Shown here piece by piece: positions 29,888 to 32,000 of a stretch of DNA of 32,000 nt (the first letter of the stretch is position 1; the number at the start of each line of letters is the position of its first letter). This DNA is from Sphingomonadales bacterium. GTDB taxonomy: Bacteria > Pseudomonadota > Alphaproteobacteria > Sphingomonadales > Sphingomonadaceae. Below the pieces are notes generated by a model, which did no database searches, was not told where the DNA came from, and was given only the letters and a program-made list of their open reading frames with translations. The position numbers and the translations under genes were made by a program. The stretch is taken from assembly GCA_027490095.1 (NCBI GenBank), contig JAIXYT010000038.1, forward strand, positions 77,517-109,516, read 5' to 3'.

Positions 29888-29959
29888 GTCGTGCAGCAGA
29901 TCCGGCGTGCCGGCACTGCCTGTGTCGGCCACGGTGTGGGAAACGCGCGTCACACCCAT
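28481..29959 (-). CDS. soluble paralogue B: two RCK-N-like Rossmann domains and RyR-type repeats, lacking the 2-TM module
   Basis: 492 aa. HLLVVGDHPLADG, IHALLFGFGRGGDCIL, and a C-terminal MAELEHRRWMVDRRLSGWHYGPVRDNDARHHPDLVPYEALDEYTRELDRAIVREAW. It lies 106 bp downstream of dnaJ on the same strand. Confidence 0.8.
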   Translation of the reverse strand: MGVTRVSHTVADTGSAGTPDLLHDHLLVVGDHPLADGVVAAAARRNAPVTWITNGRVANPMPGVELVAAPWGAQHAGHAATAARAIVAFADETRQIPAVEALRARAPSLPIMVNFTDSWFADRGNETAGLSNVRFVSQVQLAVRDLHWRNPPPLIARNLGHARIHALLFGFGRGGDCILTDLLLCGLTGYLDTPRITIVDRRAAEVRDDLLRRCPEIGQSAEIHFVEAGDVDDPRHIPADALLAAAAEDPFTFAHVSIDADVRALALARAFHALATRERWQMGPVFVRQAGGGELPRLPVTDEPAELLMFGANADFAEAIGLFDPDIDLLARMFHETYRRTARPGTPANCPWEELSEEFRESNRRLLVHLPAKLLTAKVDLAAWLRTPLPVTNEAGGIPLPDLEADPALMETMAELEHRRWMVDRRLSGWHYGPVRDNDARHHPDLVPYEALDEYTRELDRAIVREAWETLGTSRGSGFFPHGGAMQRVAKG

Positions 29960-30065
29960 CCGTCCGTGTCTTTGCCCCTTTGGCGACCCGTGGCCAGCAT
30001 GCGGGCGAACCGCGCCTGCGGCAAGGGCGATGTGCGCGCGTTAACCCTGCTTCGGGCCGTTGCGC

Positions 30066-31202
30066 CTAGTCGGTGAGCTCGTCCCAGGCGCCCTTCAGCC
30101 GATCCCAGAAGCCCTTGGACTTCGGGCAAGCCTCGTGCGGGTTCTCGGTGCCGCGGAATTCCTCCAGCAGCTCCTTCTGGCGGGGGGACAGTTTCGTGGG
30201 CGTCTCCAGCTCCACCTGCACCACCAGATCGCCGATGCCGTGGCCGTTCAGCGCCGGCATGCCCCGCCCGCGCACCCGGAACTGGCGGCCCGACTGGGTG
30301 CCGGCCGGCACCTTCACGTCCACGGGCTGCTTGTCGAGCCCGGGGATCTGCAGGTCGCCGCCGAGCGCCGCGTCGACGAAGCTCATGGGCACCTGTGCGA
30401 ACAGGGTGGTGCCGTCGCGCTTCCAGATGGGGTGGGGCTTCATGTGGACGAAGATGTAGAGGTCGCCGGGCGCCCCGCCGCGCGGGCCGGATTCGCCTTC
30501 GTTGGCGAGGCGGATCCGGGTGCCGTCGTCGACGCCCTTCGGGATCTTGACCTTCAGCTGCTTGGCACGCTCCACCCGGCCTTCGCCATGGCAGTGGCCG
30601 CAGGGATCGGAGATGACCTGGCCCGAGCCGTGGCAGGTGGGGCAGGTGCGCTCCACGATGAACATGCCGTTCTGCATGCGCACCTGGCCGCGGCCGCTGC
30701 AGGTGCTGCAGGCCTGGACGCGGGCACCGGGCTTGGCGCCCGTGCCGGCGCAATGATCGCAGGCCACGGCGACATCCAGCGCGATGTCGGCCTCGGCGCC
30801 GTGGAAGGCGTCTTCGAAGCTGACCTGGAGATCATAGCGGATGTCGGCACCGCGCTGTGGGCCCTGGCGCCGCCCGCGGGGACTTCCGCCCATGAACTGG
30901 TCGAAGATGTCGGAGAAGATGTCGGAAAAGGGCGATGCATCCTGGAAGGGACTGCCGCCGCCGCCGGCTCCGCCCTTGAAGGCGGCATGGCCGTAGCGAT
31001 CGTAGGCGGCGCGCTTGTCCGGATCCGACAGCACGCCATAGGCTTCGCTGATCGCCTTGAAGCGGGCCTCGGCTGCCTGGTCGCCGGGGTTGCGGTCCGG
31101 GTGCCAGCGCATGGCGAGCTTGCGATAGGCGGACTTGAGGGTCGCGTCGTCCGCGCCCTTTTCCACTTCCAGCAGCTCGTAATAGTCGATCTCGGCGTGC
31201 AT
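30066..31202 (-). CDS. dnaJ: molecular chaperone DnaJ
   Basis: 378 aa. J domain (DYYELLEVEKGADDATLKSAYRKLAMRWHPDRNPG), a Gly-rich linker and four CxxCxGxG zinc-finger repeats. Confidence 0.97.
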   Translation of the reverse strand: MHAEIDYYELLEVEKGADDATLKSAYRKLAMRWHPDRNPGDQAAEARFKAISEAYGVLSDPDKRAAYDRYGHAAFKGGAGGGGSPFQDASPFSDIFSDIFDQFMGGSPRGRRQGPQRGADIRYDLQVSFEDAFHGAEADIALDVAVACDHCAGTGAKPGARVQACSTCSGRGQVRMQNGMFIVERTCPTCHGSGQVISDPCGHCHGEGRVERAKQLKVKIPKGVDDGTRIRLANEGESGPRGGAPGDLYIFVHMKPHPIWKRDGTTLFAQVPMSFVDAALGGDLQIPGLDKQPVDVKVPAGTQSGRQFRVRGRGMPALNGHGIGDLVVQVELETPTKLSPRQKELLEEFRGTENPHEACPKSKGFWDRLKGAWDELTD

Positions 31203-31225
31203 CCCCGACAGGCCTTCGAACTGTG

Positions 31226-31252
31226 CGGCCGGAGGGCGATGCCCCCCGGCCG
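31226..31252 (-). promoter_or_regulatory. GC-rich hairpin in the dnaK-dnaJ spacer
   Basis: 10 base pairs with one mismatch (CGGCCGGAGGG-CGATG-CCCCCCGGCCG), sitting between the dnaK stop (31260) and the dnaJ start (31202). Confidence 0.45.
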
Positions 31253-31259
31253 GACTCCA

Positions 31260-32000
31260 TTACTTCTTGCTGTCGTCCACTTCGGTGAAGTCGGCATCGA
31301 CGACATCGTCGGCCGGCTTCGCCTCGGCGGTGTCGGCGGATGCGCCCTCGGCCTTCGCCGTTTCGGCGGCATAGACCGCTTCGCCGAGCTTCATCGCCAC
31401 CTGCGCGAGTGTCTGCGCCTTGGGCGTGATCTGGTCGGCGTCGCCCGAATCGAGCACCGCCTTCACATCGGCAATCGCCGTCTCGATGGCGGTCTTCGTC
31501 TCGGCGTCCACCTTGTCGCCATGCTCGGAAAGCTGGCGCTCGGTCGCGTGCACCAGGCTGTCGGCCTGGTTGCGGGCCTCGGCGGCCTCGCGGCGCTTCT
31601 TGTCTTCCGACGAGAACTGCTCGGCCTCCTTCACCATCTTCTCGATGTCGTCCTTCGAAAGGCCGCCCGAGGGCTGGATCCGGATCTGCTGCTCCTTGCC
31701 GGTGCCCTTGTCCTTCGCGTTCACGGCGACGAGGCCGTTGGCGTCGATGTCGAAGGTGACCTCGATCTGCGGCACGCCGCGCGGCGCCGCCGGGATGCCG
31801 ACGAGGTCGAACTGGCCCAGCATCTTGTTGTCGGCCGCCATCTCGCGTTCGCCCTGGAAGACGCGGATGGTGACGGCCGACTGGTTGTCGTCGGCGGTGC
31901 TGAAGGTCTGCGACTTCTTGGTCGGGATGGTCGTGTTGCGGTCTATCATGCGGGTGAACACGCCACCCAGCGTCTCGATGCCCAGCGACAGCGGGGTCAC
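31260..32000 (-). CDS. dnaK: molecular chaperone DnaK, C-terminal part (5' end outside the window)
   Basis: Substrate-binding and lid region [58 protein letters not shown], with an acidic tail ..[12 protein letters not shown]. Confidence 0.97.
   Translation of the reverse strand: MTPLSLGIETLGGVFTRMIDRNTTIPTKKSQTFSTADDNQSAVTIRVFQGEREMAADNKMLGQFDLVGIPAAPRGVPQIEVTFDIDANGLVAVNAKDKGTGKEQQIRIQPSGGLSKDDIEKMVKEAEQFSSEDKKRREAAEARNQADSLVHATERQLSEHGDKVDAETKTAIETAIADVKAVLDSGDADQITPKAQTLAQVAMKLGEAVYAAETAKAEGASADTAEAKPADDVVDADFTEVDDSKK

Noticed and set aside
29960-30065. A weak CTTGCC-N18-CATGCT arrangement on the - strand, considered as an RpoH promoter for paralogue B.
   Set aside because: The -10-like part does not fit CC(C/T)AT.T without an insertion. 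It is too weak to call.

Overview
Visibly GC-rich alphaproteobacterial chromosome segment, probably Sphingomonadales (it carries a PEPxxWA-CTERM protein and typical sphingomonad gene content). I support 27 tightly packed protein-coding genes on both strands. Housekeeping genes are purH, acnA, hslV-hslU, dnaJ and the 3' part of dnaK. Between them sit envelope, transport and signalling genes: DMT/EamA, SDR, fasciclin, pterin carbinolamine dehydratase, a small zinc metallopeptidase, D-aminoacylase, a lipoprotein, a LuxR-type regulator, a PEP-CTERM protein, a TonB-like protein plus a small membrane protein, a GGDEF cyclase, a GPH-type MFS, a Wzx-like flippase and a DUF2157/GDYXXLXY pair. I saw no rRNA, tRNA, CRISPR array, IS/transposase or integrase. 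Many long ORFs in the supplied track are antisense shadow ORFs typical of high-GC DNA, and I rejected them. The most unusual content lies at 22.9-30.0 kb. Two diverged paralogues of a protein with tandem RCK-N-like Rossmann domains and C-terminal RyR (ryanodine-receptor-type) repeats bracket a divergent pair of transporters: an SLC13 permease with two TrkA-C domains, and an AbgT transporter. One paralogue also has an N-terminal 2-TM module that looks like a K+-channel pore with a destroyed selectivity filter. The whole block is wedged between the heat-shock operons hslVU and dnaKJ. Secondary oddities are a 413-bp AT-richer convergent spacer holding a perfect 14-bp palindrome (6.3-6.7 kb), a structured acnA 3' region, and several overlapping or compressed gene junctions. 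All functional calls come from reading the translated sequences by eye; no database search was run.
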